In this document: piece after piece, positions 10,531-23,934 of the stretch
Numbering within the stretch: the first letter of the stretch is position 1
Layout: every line of letters begins with the position of its first letter
NCBI GenBank assembly: GCA_020536535.1
Contig: JAHLWZ010000671.1
Span: forward strand, 1 to 59,991
Direction: 5' to 3'
DNA from: Pelomyxa schiedti
Taxonomy: Eukaryota; Protista; Evosea
DNA: 59,991 nucleotides
Position numbers and translations under genes: made by a program
Notes under the pieces: model-generated
What the model saw: the letters and a program-made list of their open reading frames with translations, nothing else
Database searches by the model: none
Told to the model about the DNA's origin: nothing

Positions 10531-11769
10531 ATGGGGTGGTGCCGTAGTGTGTTGATGGCGATTGGGGTGCCCATCGGCGTTGTCGTGTTTTCGGGGTACT
10601 GCGCAATGTTGTTGCTGATGTCGATCTTTGCTCTCGCGGTGGCTCCTTTCAAATTCGTCTGCTCCGGGGGACACTCGGCCCATTATGGGCTCGTTATGTT
10701 GTTGACAACTTGGTATGGAGATTTGCAATTGGGGTTTTTTTCCAATGACTTGTTGGGGGGAATGTTGTATCAAATAGAGTAATCTATTTTTCCCAGGGCA
10801 ATGAGGAGTTTCTCTTGGATTTTTGAGAGTTTGAACTCCTTTGAGTTCGTGTGGTATGGGGCTGATGTGCCACCACACGAAACAGCGGTCGTTGTAAGTA
10901 ATCATACGTTTGCATTTGACTGGCTTACGGCAATGTTATTTGCTAGACGAAAGGGAATGCTCTCTTTGATTAAGTTCTTCCTGAAGGCAGTGCCCATTCA
11001 CTCGTCACATTGTGATAACATATTTTTTTCCCTTTTTAGGATTCAATTAAATATGTTCCAGGATTTGGGTTAGCACACCATCTATTCTTGGTGTTTTGAT
11101 CATATTTTTGACAATAAAAACAGTCTTGCAGTATGGATGACAGAATTCATCTTTGTGAGCCGAGATTGGGCCAAAGACAGTGTCCAAATCAATGCATCCC
11201 TTTCCAGACTCAAGTCATATGGAATTCCATTCTGGGTGGTGTCCTACATTGAAGGAACACGCTTTTCCATAGGTATCAAGCAGCATCAATCTTCAATAAA
11301 ACGGGATATTAACACCACTTAAGAGAAGGCAGAACAAAGTAGAGCCTATGCTAAGAGCAAAGGGCTACCAGAATTACACCATGTACTTCTGCCACGAACA
11401 AAAGGAATAATTACCGCGATACAGGTACTTTCTATTGCACAACCGATTATTGCATTACATTAATCTCATGGAATGCAGAGCCTTCGGGATGGCTACTGTG
11501 ATGCATTGTATGATATCACCATAGCCTATGAAGGGCCCAGCAAGCCGACACCCATAAGTGTGTTTTGTACTGGAAAGATACACGTGCATGTTAGCAGGTG
11601 GCCCCTTAGCGACCTGCCACAAGAACCCACAAAGTTGCACGAATTCCTTGTACAAGTGTGGGAAGGCAAGGATAAATTGCTGGAACACTGGCATCAGCAC
11701 AAAGTGTTCCCAGGCCCCGTTTTGTGCCTCCCAAATTCCTATGTCCCTATCAAACTCAAGTTCCTCTGA
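10531..11769 (+). CDS. Lysophospholipid acyltransferase (AGPAT3/4/LCLAT1-like, PlsC family)
   Basis: N-terminal hydrophobic helices, motif I NHTFAFDW, FFLK, FVSRDW, motif III IEGTRF, VLLPRTKG and YDITIAY. Confidence 0.9.
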
Positions 11770-11876
11770 GAGTACTAAAAAAAGTGGCGACAGTAAAAAA
11801 TTGTCGCCTCAAATCCCCAAAGTCAATTCAATCTGAAATCGAGGCGTTTTCTACGAAAATAACTCGTTGTTGTTTG

Positions 11877-14800
11877 ATGGATGCACGAGACCAGCTATTG
11901 GAACACTTCAAAGTATTCAAACAACAAGCGCTCTCCTTCCATCCACCACTGTCCCATAATGTTTTCCGCTTTGTTGTGTTGTTACAATAACATCGGTTGG
12001 CTCGTGTTGGTTAATCACTTTACTTTGGTGTTAGGGGGCCTTGGCTGATCTGCTAGGATCTGTTGGTGTTGCAGAACCGACTGTGGACGAACTCGAGAAG
12101 TTGGTCAACGATGGGAAAATTCCAGAGGCAAAGAGTGCAATTGCAGCAAGGCAGGATGGAGTGATCACTGATGCGAACCAGTTCGAATTCAATGTGTGCT
12201 ACACCATTGAGAGAATATTGGTTTGCGGCTTGAGAAAGAGTGAGGCTCCCTTGTACCAACCAATTCCTTTTTTTTTGTTTGTTTGTTTTTTCCTCCCCAA
12301 AACAATATTATGGATTTAACCTCTACTTCTCAGATTTTTTTGGTAGTATGGAGTTGTTTGACTATCTCAGGGCAATACCCAATTACCTGCCTCCTCATGA
12401 TGTAAAGGCATGCAATGCCTTCCTCAATAAAGTCAAGCAAATTGGCAAGTCACCACAAGGGAAATCTCGTGTATTTGTGCGTGGTTTGTTGAACAACAAC
12501 TTGATTGCAGATTACCTGAATACCCTTATGTGGTCAACACTAACTGTGTATGCCTTGAAGTTTTTTTTTCAAATCTTTGCTTTTACCAAAATCCAGAAAA
12601 TTTTATGGGGCTGATAGTATTATGGACAGTCGTACACATCAATCTGTCTTGTCTTCAAGACTGGAAATTCTGCAATGCATTAAATTCAACTTGAATGAAC
12701 AAGAGCCAGCACTGAATAAGCCTGACTATTGGAACCTAGCCCTTGCTGGTAGAGCTTTGCACCCCTTACTTTTATTTGGTACAAGTTTCCCACTAACTGA
12801 TTACCTGCAGCAAAAAAAAATGTTTCCAGTCCACCTTCCACACCAATCAAGCACAATCCTGCACCACGGTTGGAGGGAGAAAACCAGCTCACTCCTGCCA
12901 CAAAAATGGATATCCAACCTGCAACTGTCGAATCAACACTCTCTCCAGTGCCCACGAATGCCAGCAGCGCCAAACCAACACAAACACCAGGCAATCCCAG
13001 TGCACAAGAGATGAGCACAAAAACTGAAACTTTCCCTCCCACCGAGGATGTGAACCGCAGTGCAACATCTGAAATGTGTGTGACCTCACAAGATATGAAC
13101 ACAAGTGAAAATAGTACAACAACATCAAAAACTGTACCACAAAATACAGATGAGCCGGTGGCTCCGACTGAGCAACCAACTTCCATTGTGGAAATTCCGC
13201 CCCCACACCAAGATAAAAGTGAGGGACCTACATCCCACTGCCCTGATTCCGCATCGGCCGCCACGTTAGAATCTCCAACATTTCCATCGCCATCTTCGTC
13301 AGCTGTTGTACTGGAATCAGATGCACATTCACCACTGTTAGTTGACCAACATAAACCAGAAGAAGAATTGAAGGGAACCAAAGTGCCACTTGTGCAAGAC
13401 GACTCTTTGGCCACACCATCCCATGTAACAGCACCTCCAACAAGTGATGAACTTTGCACCACAGTTATCGAATCAGGAGCACAACTAGAAACAGTGACAA
13501 CTCCCCATAACACCAGTTGCACAACTGTTTCTCCAAGTGCAAGCCACGATGACCAAGACAGTCAGATGATATCGACTCCTGTTGCAGAACAGCCAGACAA
13601 TCCTGTTGCACTTCCCACTCCCGTACCCAAAACTGTTGGCACAAATTCCAGTGAGGATTTTGACACTGTGCCTCCATCAAATGAAGTTGAACATGTCAAA
13701 CTGTTGGAAGAAAAAGAAGAACTCAGTAGTGTCACCACATCCCTCCTTGCATATTCTGAAGTACCAAGCACCAAGTTGCCAGAACGAGATGATGCTCCCC
13801 CCTCCAATGGAGTGCTCGTCCCTGTGGAAACAGCAACAGAGCCTGTGGATGCAAGCCAGCAGGCAAAACAACAACAACAACAACAACAACCAGAGAACAC
13901 CTCTTTGCCACACAGTGACGATTCCCAAAGCAGAGAAATTCAGCTTGCACCTTCTGCTGGGCCAGAAGAACAAATTCGAGAGGAACATCTCTCAGAATCC
14001 AACAGTATCGAGCAAACACATCTGACATGTGCCCTTGATGTTTTCCCAAACGGTAGTAGTGACAAAGACACACCAAGCAACGATGATGTGAATGGAAGTA
14101 CCGTCGTTCCTAATGATAGTCCAGTTTTTTGTGGCACAGAGCCAACTACTGTAGAGCATAATATCCAGGAAAAACCTGTTGCTGCTTCTGGGGAATCTTC
14201 CTCTACTACACAGCAAAAGTTCGATGAGTTAGATTGTTCTCTGTTTGAGGAATTTACTTCCTGGTGCCATCAAAATGACCTTATGATTAAAGAAATGCAT
14301 GAACAACTCAAGAACTCCCATCAACCATTGTCTCCCCTTCATGAACTAATTAGAAGGCACAATGCTGTGACTTCAGAAATCGAAAAAGGAAAGGTTGTAT
14401 CCCATACTTTTTATTCTGATCAAGTGACCAAAAATTTTCAAAGATTAAGCTTGAACAACTTCAAGGCCTCGCACAAACAAACGCCACTTCAATTCATGGT
14501 GTTAAATATAGAAATTTGCTTGATATGGCGGTCTCCAGATATCATTCACTTGAATCCTCATGTTTACAGTTTCACCAGAAGTGTTTATTTGCTGAACAAC
14601 AACAACTTATCAAAGACACACTCTGGCTCAAAGTCAAGCAATTTCACTCCTGGTGTGAGGATAATCTCAAGTCTACATTCGACCAGGGTGTGTCTGAGAC
14701 TCTTTCACTTCCTGAACTTCAAGGCCTGGGACCTGTCCTTGAAAGAAACTCCCAACAGATCTTTTCCGCTGCAGCAGTATTAGAACATGAAATTATCCAG

Positions 14801-17800
14801 CTGAAATCGGATATGAAGGTACTTTTTACACTTTTCCCCTATTTTGACCCGAGTTCAGGAACTTGATGATGACACAGTTGCAACACTGGAAACTGTGAAC
14901 ACCAAAATTAAAAAGCTCCACTCTTTTATTGACTCAGAGAAGCAGAAGTATCAAACAAATTTGGCACAGAGAGTGCATCTTGAAGAACTGTCTTCCAAAT
15001 TTAACAGCAGTTGTGAGCTTCTTACAAATAGCCTTGCTGAATGCTTATCACGAATGTGCAGTGTCAGTGGAGATCCCGATGAAAGAGATAAGATTATTAC
15101 CGCCCTTGCCAGTGAATGTGCAATAAAGCACATCCAACCACTTGATACCTGCACAAGGGTTGCCGAAGATGCCAGAAAGGAAAGCTTTTACTGTGCCAGA
15201 GTGGCACCACTCTTTGATACAGCTCTACTTTCCCAAAGACTCACGGAACACAACGAACGGGTCCAAGCACTTCTAAGTGAAACAAGGATAGAATTAGAAA
15301 ACTGGGTTCGAAAAAAAGAGAAGGAAGCAAAGCATCAAGCAGTTCTCGAAGCATGCTCAACTCTGGAGACATATGTGTGTGAACAGCGTGGAAGTCTTAC
15401 TTCAATTGAAGGTCAGTTCGCATCTGTACTATTTCTTTCTTACCCACAGTTTCCAGGCTCTTCATCACAAGCAGTGGCGGAACAAGTTTCCATTATTTGG
15501 ACAGAAACTGTTGCAACGAAAGTCCAGCTACTCAGTGTTGCAATGCAAAAACTGTTGGATGATGAACTGTCTCTGGGTGGTGATGACATTGGAAGCCGGG
15601 TAAGATCTGAAGAAGTCACTTCTCAGGCACACAGTCTTGGTTCATTTGTGGAGAGTTATTTGTCATTCCTTGGGGAAGAACATAATATGGAAAAAGAATA
15701 CTTGGACTTTGCACACAAGGTTTGCTCAATAAAACCCTAAGACAGGAGAAAAATTTGTGCACCTTACAGAGGAAAAAGGTTTCAGCCTGGCTAGAGCTTA
15801 CCACACCTAAGTTATCGAATCACAACTATGGAAATACCCCAGAGGGAGCACATTCTCTTCAATCTCTCCTTGATTCAGTCCAGGCCGAAAAAACTGTCAT
15901 GAGGGACGTTACAACCAAACTGCTAGAATTACACACAAAACTCAGGCTGTTCATTGAGCACCAAGGGGAGAAGTACCACAGACCCCAATTTCTACCTTCT
16001 TTAGAACTTAGAGGAGATGTTATTTCAAAAGCATGGGAGAGCTTCGAGGCCATAGAGAAAAGCTTCACTGGATTTGTTACTGCTGAAATCCTCAGGTATG
16101 GGACTGTCACTGAAACCGTTTTCTATTTCTTCATTCATTTTACCATTTCTGACAGTGGCAAAACCCACATATAGGCAAGACAAACTGGAGGGCCTTCACC
16201 TTTACCTGATGGATGAAGCAGATAAAATCACAGTGTGGGCATCTATGACATCCCAGAGTCTGTTATTGATAGACAAGTCCATGGATGCAAAGTTTCAGGT
16301 ACGGTGTGGATTAATATGTTGATACTCCCTCAGTTACTTTTTTCTTTTTCAGTTGGAACAACTTGCCAAGTATCAATTGGAAATTTCCAATAATATACAA
16401 AGACTTTCCAAGTTGGATGAGACCTATGAACTTCTGAAAGCAGACAATTGGTTTAAGTGTGATTGTGCCGCTGATAGAATGCAGCAGCTTCAGGATCTCC
16501 TTATTCACCTCGAGGAACTCTTTACTAGAGCCAGCAACCAAGCAAACGAAAAATTGGCATTGGAAGAGCATATCAAGGTAAAGTTCGATACTGAAATAAA
16601 AATAGCTCAAAAGTAACAACAGACTCTCGAGGCTCAACTTCGGTCAAAAATGGCAGAATTCAACCTTTGGTGTGATAAAACCTGCACAAAACTTAGAGGT
16701 GACTCTCACTTTGAAGGAACCACGGAACATCTGAGGAGAGCACATCATAAAATACAGTCGACGCAGGAAAAAGTTCTTACCAAAGAAATGGCCTTTGTCC
16801 AATGTATCAATAAATTGATGCAAGATCTGGAGACAATCTCCCAGTTCAAGTCCAGAAATGAAACTAGTGCTCAGTTAGAAGTATGGCAGCACCAGATACA
16901 AGAGGCTGTAACCTTTCGAGAACAGTCATTCACAGCAAGCATGCATCTTCAAGAGGAGAGAGAAAAGATTACAGCAAGTTGCACTGCCGCATTGAAAGTG
17001 TTGGAGGAGTTCTTGCAGACAGAAGTTATCGCTTTTAATCAAATGACGCTGGAGGACCTAACGCAGATGATTGAAGCAGTTCATCAACGTTCTGTATCTG
17101 CAAATGAAAGAGCTCAGGATCTATATGTCAAATGCAAGACTATCTTCCAGCAAGCATTGGAACTTGGGCTGAATTTCACTGAGGTATATACTCATGCTTC
17201 CCACATTTTACACTCACCAAGCCCCTCTGAAGACTCAAGATGATGTAGCAGCAAATCTGAAATCTTTTCTAGATTTTATCAATAGTTTCGAGTCGGATCT
17301 TAAAAAGGAAGAAACTTTCACAAAACAGTATGAACAAAAAGTTTCAACCATAATAAGCTGGCTGGTTGTTGCTACCGCCGAGCTCAAAGGAGCTATCCCC
17401 TGCACTCTTGAGGGCATACAGGCAAGTTAAACATTACAGCCAATTGACTAAGCATTCGCAGGATAAGTGCAAGGAATTTGAAAGCTGGGAATCAACTTTG
17501 TTACAACACAAAGAGAGTTGTGTAACTCTTGAGAAGGATCTTCAAGAAATCAAGTTGTTTATCAAGGCATGTAGTAGTTTGTAACGTGGCTTTTTTTTTT
17601 TTTTTTAACTTCTTGTAGAAGTCTTCCCACAACTGCCCCAAGTACAAGCCACCCTCCGATTTCACCCCATCTGATGTGTGGTCCAAATTCTGTCAGGTTG
17701 AGGCCATGGCTCTTCAGAAAAAGAAAGTTCTCTATGAGACTCTGGAGCACCACCAACTGCTGAAAGGCATCGCTCAGCAGTTCGGGCTGCTTTCTGATGA

Positions 17801-20800
17801 GCTCTTTCACTGGTGCCAGGATCAAGTAGTGCTCCTACAGGGGGTCACACCTCTCAACTCATTGGAACAAGTGAGAAAAGAAATGGAGATTTTGCGGGGT
17901 TCGTCTGCTGACTACGGTGCACATGTGGTTCGTCACAGAATTTCCAAACTTACAATCAATTCACCTTACTGAACTAGACCAAAGTGAAGGAACTAAAATC
18001 TTTACAAACCCAACTCAAAGAGGGTTCTTATGAGGCTACTGATGCTATTGACCTCAAAGTGAATAGTATTGCAACTCTCTGGAGAGAGGTTACGCAACTG
18101 GGGAAATCGAAACTTGCAACACTCCAAAGAGCTGAACAATTGGAACTGAAAAAGCAAGACCTTTCCTCCTCTCTTGATCGTCTCACAAGCGAAATTTCTG
18201 CTTGGTTGCGGATGGTTGAAGACCAAATGGCTGTATTTTCTTTTGGTGATTCTCTGGAAGATTTGTTGGACAACACAAGAAAAGTAGAAACTATGCAAAG
18301 GAATTTTGAGGAGACCCTCGCTTCGAAAAAAAACCAAGTAGCAACTGTCATGCATGAAATCAGGGTATATAACAGCCAGGGGTGGGGAGACACCGACTCA
18401 CTAATAATACATTTTTACACAAAAGGAGTTGGACAGTAGTTTTGCTCTTTGCTTAGCTCCTGCTGTTGATCAAATCTCCAACCAGTGCCAACATACCCAG
18501 ACTCTCTTTGAACTCTTCACACAAAAATTCAGAGACAAACTCAAAACAGAGCAAGAAATGGATCTGCTTTGCCAGGATGTTGCTCAGCTTTACCAACAAT
18601 TTATTGGTCAATCAGAAAATGCCAGTCAAAAACTTACTGGGCTCGTTGGAGAACCCGAAGAGAAAGAGGAATGCATTCACTCCATACAGCAGGAGGATAT
18701 TTCTTTGTGCAGTTCCCTTCTGCAACGTTGTTGTGGAGTTGCAACTTCATGTGATAACCTATACAGTTCAACCCCCAAAAGCATGTCAATAAAAATAGAT
18801 GCTATGCAAAGGAAACAAAGGGAACTCGAAGAACTCTGCAAATCTGTTGCAACTACTGTTTCCAAGGAAAAGGAAGAAAAAGAGATCGCCAGAAAAGAAA
18901 AAGAAAGAAGGGCCATACTCCTTGAGCAAAGAAAGAAGGAATTTATTTCAGCAACACAAGTATTTGAAAGCTTCCTTGATTCACAACTGGAGAGACTGCA
19001 CGTTCTCCTGGGTATTGTAATTACCTTTTTTCTTGCAGGATTATTTTTTTACACTTCTTTTAGAGGGAGAGATAGAAGAACCAGAACAAATTTGTCACAG
19101 TATCTCTGAAATGTGGCAGGGTGGACAAACTCAACAGAAGCATATGATTCTTGTACGACAACTGCTGTCCGATCTCCAGTTGGATCAAGATGATGAGTTT
19201 TTCAAATCCAATATCCAACATCTTGATATGCTCAATGAGAGATCCGAGAATTTCAATGCTGCAGTAGCTTCTAATTTAGTGCTTCTTACAAAAGAAAGTA
19301 ACGCGAACAGAGAGTACAAAGAAGGTGTCCAACAGGTTGGAGGATATCTTGCGCACCTGATATCCTTTCCTAATTTCGTGTTTCACAGCTAACTGCCTGG
19401 CTGAACACTTCAATATCCGATCTGGAAGCACTCACCTCTCACCACGGTGTAATACCAACACTGGAGGAATCAAAAAGAGGCATTCAATTACTCCTTGACT
19501 TTTCTGTAATCAAGAAGGAAAAACGCGCCAATTTCGACCAACTTCTCAATTTGTACATTTCCTTCACCTCCGGTTCGAGTCCCCACAAATGTTGGTCTCC
19601 TATGACGGACCTTTCATCTCTTTGGGAACACTTGGAGATGTTAGAAAAACAACAACTCGAAACCCTCTCCGTAGCCGTCAAAAGGTAGTAATCCCACTCA
19701 TTTCCTTGTATTTCTAAACAATTGGCAGAGCGGAAAGTCTAGAGCACGCACGAGCAGATTTTGTTATACTTTCTGGGAACGTTAACAGGTGGCTCATCGA
19801 TGGAAATCAAAGGTTAGAAGCTGTAGAAAGTTCTGTGGGTGACCACCACCAACAGGTTTTCATTTCCCTTCCAACTGAAATTTCTACCATTAAAGGTTTT
19901 CCCTCCCCAAAGCTAAGGGACCTTTCTGAAGTTGAGGGAACCACCTTGATTCATACTGAAGAGATGGATAGAATTTATTTAAAATTGATAGAATTGTGTG
20001 ACCCAGACATTCAAGTATAGGAGTTTTTTTCAGTTTCCTTAAACTTTTAAATAGTAATTTTCCCTCTTTTTAAGTCTTATAAATACGGTATAGGCCATTA
20101 GTCTGTCAATGGGCAAAATGCAGGCTGGATTGGGATCACTGAGATCTGATACAACATCACGCAAATTACAAGTGACCAAACTTCTTGAAGAAGAGACAAA
20201 GAAACGCGTGAGTATCATTGTGGCTAGGTTACTTTCATATTGTGCTAAATCAAAATAGGCACTGCAAGATAGTCTTCTTCACATAGTGGAAGATTACAGG
20301 TGCTGGTTTGATGAAACAAACAAACTCGCTTCTGCAGAATTTCTTGATGACGAAATTGGCACTTATCCAACAACTACCATCTGCGACAATTTGCACACAA
20401 CTCATTCTAATTGGATTTCAACCTCCAATGTCAAACAGCAGGCTGTACTGCAAATTATATCAGAAATAGAAGCAGTTGGTTCTTCTGTTGGCTCCCCTAA
20501 AACGGCATCCGCAATCACACGAAGTGCTGAATACTCAAAGGATCTTGCCACACTACATGCAAAGTTGCAGGAAGCTATCACCTCCGCCGAATCAAGATGT
20601 GAAAGGTATATTCTGAAACAAAAAGAACGCGAGAAGGCGATCTCTTGTTACAACAACGCTTGCCAATTGCTGGAACAATTTCTGAATATCGAAACGAAAA
20701 AATATATCCAAATGCTTGATGAACCGGGTGTAATAACCGAGCATATCAAGTGTCTGTTTGCCAACAATGATGCAAAGGCACAAACCATGTTAATCCAATG

Positions 20801-23518
20801 TGAGCAACTATACCAGAATGACATGGAAGATAAGGTACCAATACTTGCCTTTATAGTGGATACAAACACTGTTTAAGCATACATATCTTGCAGCGAAAGT
20901 GAACGAACATGTTGAGTTTGTTGTTAGTCTCTTGACAGATTTCGAATTTGAGATAAGAGAAAAGGAAGAGTATCTCAGGAAAGCACTAGAGTTGAATGAG
21001 TGGACAAACAGTGGCTTACAGATTCTTGTGGAAGTCAAAGAGAATGCAACTCTGGATGAACTGACGGTATGCCGCCAACTGTGTAAGAATGAATGAAAAA
21101 CCAACGAAACAAACAGGGTCTCCTGGAAAAAGTATCTGCCTATAAATCATGTATTGGAGCGAAAAGAGAAACTTTTGCAAATCTCGAAGTTGACTTCAAA
21201 CAAATTGATGATCACATCAAGGTGCAGTATGGGGTGACCCATTTATACTAAACAACCCTAACTTTTTGCTAAAGGAGCGGGATTGCAACAGACCAGGGTT
21301 TTGCCCCCCCCCAACACTGACCCCCACATCACTCTCCCTGGGCCTTGTCAATTTGCAGACAAAGATACAGTCTCTTGAGGATTTGTTGCAACCTCAGATC
21401 TTTTATTTGAAACAAGATCTAGTATCCTTTCCTGCAGAATTTGAACATATCTTTTTGGATCTATTTTCATGGTGCACCACAACGAAAGCTTCATTGCAGA
21501 ATTTGGATTGTTGTGGTAGTAGAGGAGCTTATTTACCTTTAGAAAGTCTTAAAAAGATTTGTGAAGATTATACGTCCAAGAAGGTACCCACTTATTATGA
21601 TTGGTGTTTCTTACCATGATTTCATTTAGGGGAAATTTGAGCGTATTAGTCAAATCGATAAGCGTTTACACCAAGCAAGTTTCAGTGGCCACAATGAAAA
21701 GTTCTCCCGCCTTTTACATGTTTGGGAAGAAACTTGCACAATTAAAAATGACATGCAGTCAAATCTTGAAGCAAGGCTAGTTCGTGAAGAGAACGAGAAA
21801 AGACAGAAGTTGCACTCGGAACTTAACAATACATCCTCTGAACTGAGTTCATGGGCCAATCAGATCATGGCCGACCTCCAGCAAAATAAATTTCTGTTGA
21901 TGGTCTGGGATGAAATAGTGGCTTACTCCAAAACCTGGGAGATTGAAAAGCCCAAACTCTACTCCGAATTTCAAGGGAGGAAGGTACACTTGGAGCAGAT
22001 TGTACATGAATTGATGGTGGGGAAGCAACTCTCCCATTTTTTTTTCTCATATATCCTGAAGGAAATCGGGGAAGGTGCAATAACTCCTCCACTGAGCAGT
22101 TTATCGCAGAATTTTGATACTGCCTTGGAATTGCACACATCTGCTCTGAATAGTCAGATGCAAAAGATGAAGGAAATAGCCTCATTATATGGAAAGTTTT
22201 GTGTTGCTGCCAACAATCTCTCTGATACCATTTCCGACAATTCTGCACACATTACGGCTTTGGTTGGAGTCACTGACTTTAACAGCGAATTATCCCTTCA
22301 GTTCTATGCTGATAGTACAGCCACTCACACCAGACTTGTAGGGGAATGTCAAGAATTAGCCAACAATTTGGCATTGCTCGCGAGCACATTATCCACTCCT
22401 TCAGCACAAAATACCACTGCACACTTCACAATAACCAAATTATCTTCGAGTGTAGAGTCGTATTCAAGAAAAATGAAGGCTCTAATCTCTGCAGCACAAA
22501 CCGAATTTGAAAGATTGCAGCAAGCAGCTGAACAAGAGGTATTCCGTTCTGCTATTCATGCCAGAACTTCATTGACTCACTTTAAGAATGCTACTAATGG
22601 CACGGAGAATCCAAGTGAGAACAAGAGTTCAACAGAAACCAACCAACACTCTGCGAGCAGCTCACAGCAGTTGAACGTCACTGCAGTCACCACTGATCTC
22701 CCTCCAACATCACCGAACCTCTCAGAGGATCGTAGCGCAGTTCCTCAATCGGTTCTCAAAAGCGACGTGATAATGAAAGCTCTGCTTGCCATAGATGAAT
22801 CACAGCGACTGAGTACCTCGGATGAATCCAAAAGTTCAACAAATCAATCTGAGGTGCCAACACCCCCGCCTGCACCGCCCAAGGAGGAACAAAGTGGAGA
22901 TCCCAATGTAAATCTCAATACAAGTACACATGCAACACCAGTCCCGGTTCCAGGTCCAAATCCAAATACAATTTCAAGTTCAAATCAAACTCCCACAAAT
23001 CAAAAAAATTCAACACCCACTTCAACTTTGCATCCACCTCTAACCTCGACTTCGAATCCCAACTCCGTAGACAGCCTACTCACCCGGTTTGGGTACAAAA
23101 AACCCACACAACCAGCATCCAAGTCTGAACAACATCCACCATCCAGCACTGAGGAAGCAGCATTATTCTGCTCTGTTAGTGCTACAGGTAGTGCCATAGA
23201 CTATGACGACGACGATGATCTTTTCCTCACAGAAGTCAACGTATCTTCCTTTTTTCCTACTCATTGCCCACTCACTCCTCACAGTCTGCTTCAGCTTCCC
23301 CGGCGAATTTATACTCCACCACAGTCACTGGAAAATCATCACCTGCAACCAATACTGGAAGCTCAAACCCGAAGGCAAATAGTTCCATGACAACTTCCGG
23401 CACTGTGCTCCCTGACGCTTCACCTTCCTCAGGTCTATCAACATCGGCGCCAGTACCACCCCCGCAAAAACCAAAACACCTCCTTGAACAGAGACCCGAA
23501 TGGATGCCGGTGTGCTAA
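11877..23518 (+). CDS. Giant protein (>3000 aa estimated): N-terminal RUN domain, S/T/P-rich spacer, long array of spectrin-like repeats, low-complexity tail
   Basis: RUN motifs: CYTIERILVCGLRK; GKSRVFVRGLLNNNLIADYL; KFYGADSI..LEILQCIKFNL. A 32-nt intron with a CTAAC branch site joins the RUN exon in frame to ORF 12870. Repeated spectrin-type helix-A Trp motifs (FTSWCHQN, FNLWCDKT, IISWLVVA, LFHWCQDQ, ISAWLRMV, YRCWFDET, LNEWTNSG, LFSWCTTT, LSSWANQI). Stop at 23518. Confidence 0.7.
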
Positions 23519-23934
23519 GCTTTCCGTCTTATTTGCATACTTCAACCAACCTCCACACAGGACGGAAATGCCAAATCTTGCCCTCTTTGCCACGATTCTT
23601 TCTCCCTGAGTAGAAGAAAGGTAGAAGACATTATTCTCCATCTTCCTCTTTAATCAATTCCCAAAGCATCACTGTAGAAAATGTGGACAAGTATTTGACG
23701 CCAAGGTATTCTTCCAACGCAACCAAAATTCTTGATCCTAATTTCCTCTTTTAGTGTTGTGCCAAAGTCCCGCTTCCTCAACTTGGCTACACAAAACCGG
23801 TTCTTGTATGCAAAGAGTGTAAACGAATATTCCACCTGTGACAATATGATAGACACCAACAACACACAAAGATACTAATAACAAAGTATTAGCATTACTG
23901 TTGTGCCACTATGACACTATTTTTTTTTACCCTC

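Noticed and set aside
23650-23865. Extra minus-strand ORF downstream of ADAL as a separate gene
   Set aside because: It has no convincing start or domain. It may be 3' UTR or an alternative last exon, which cannot be resolved without transcripts.
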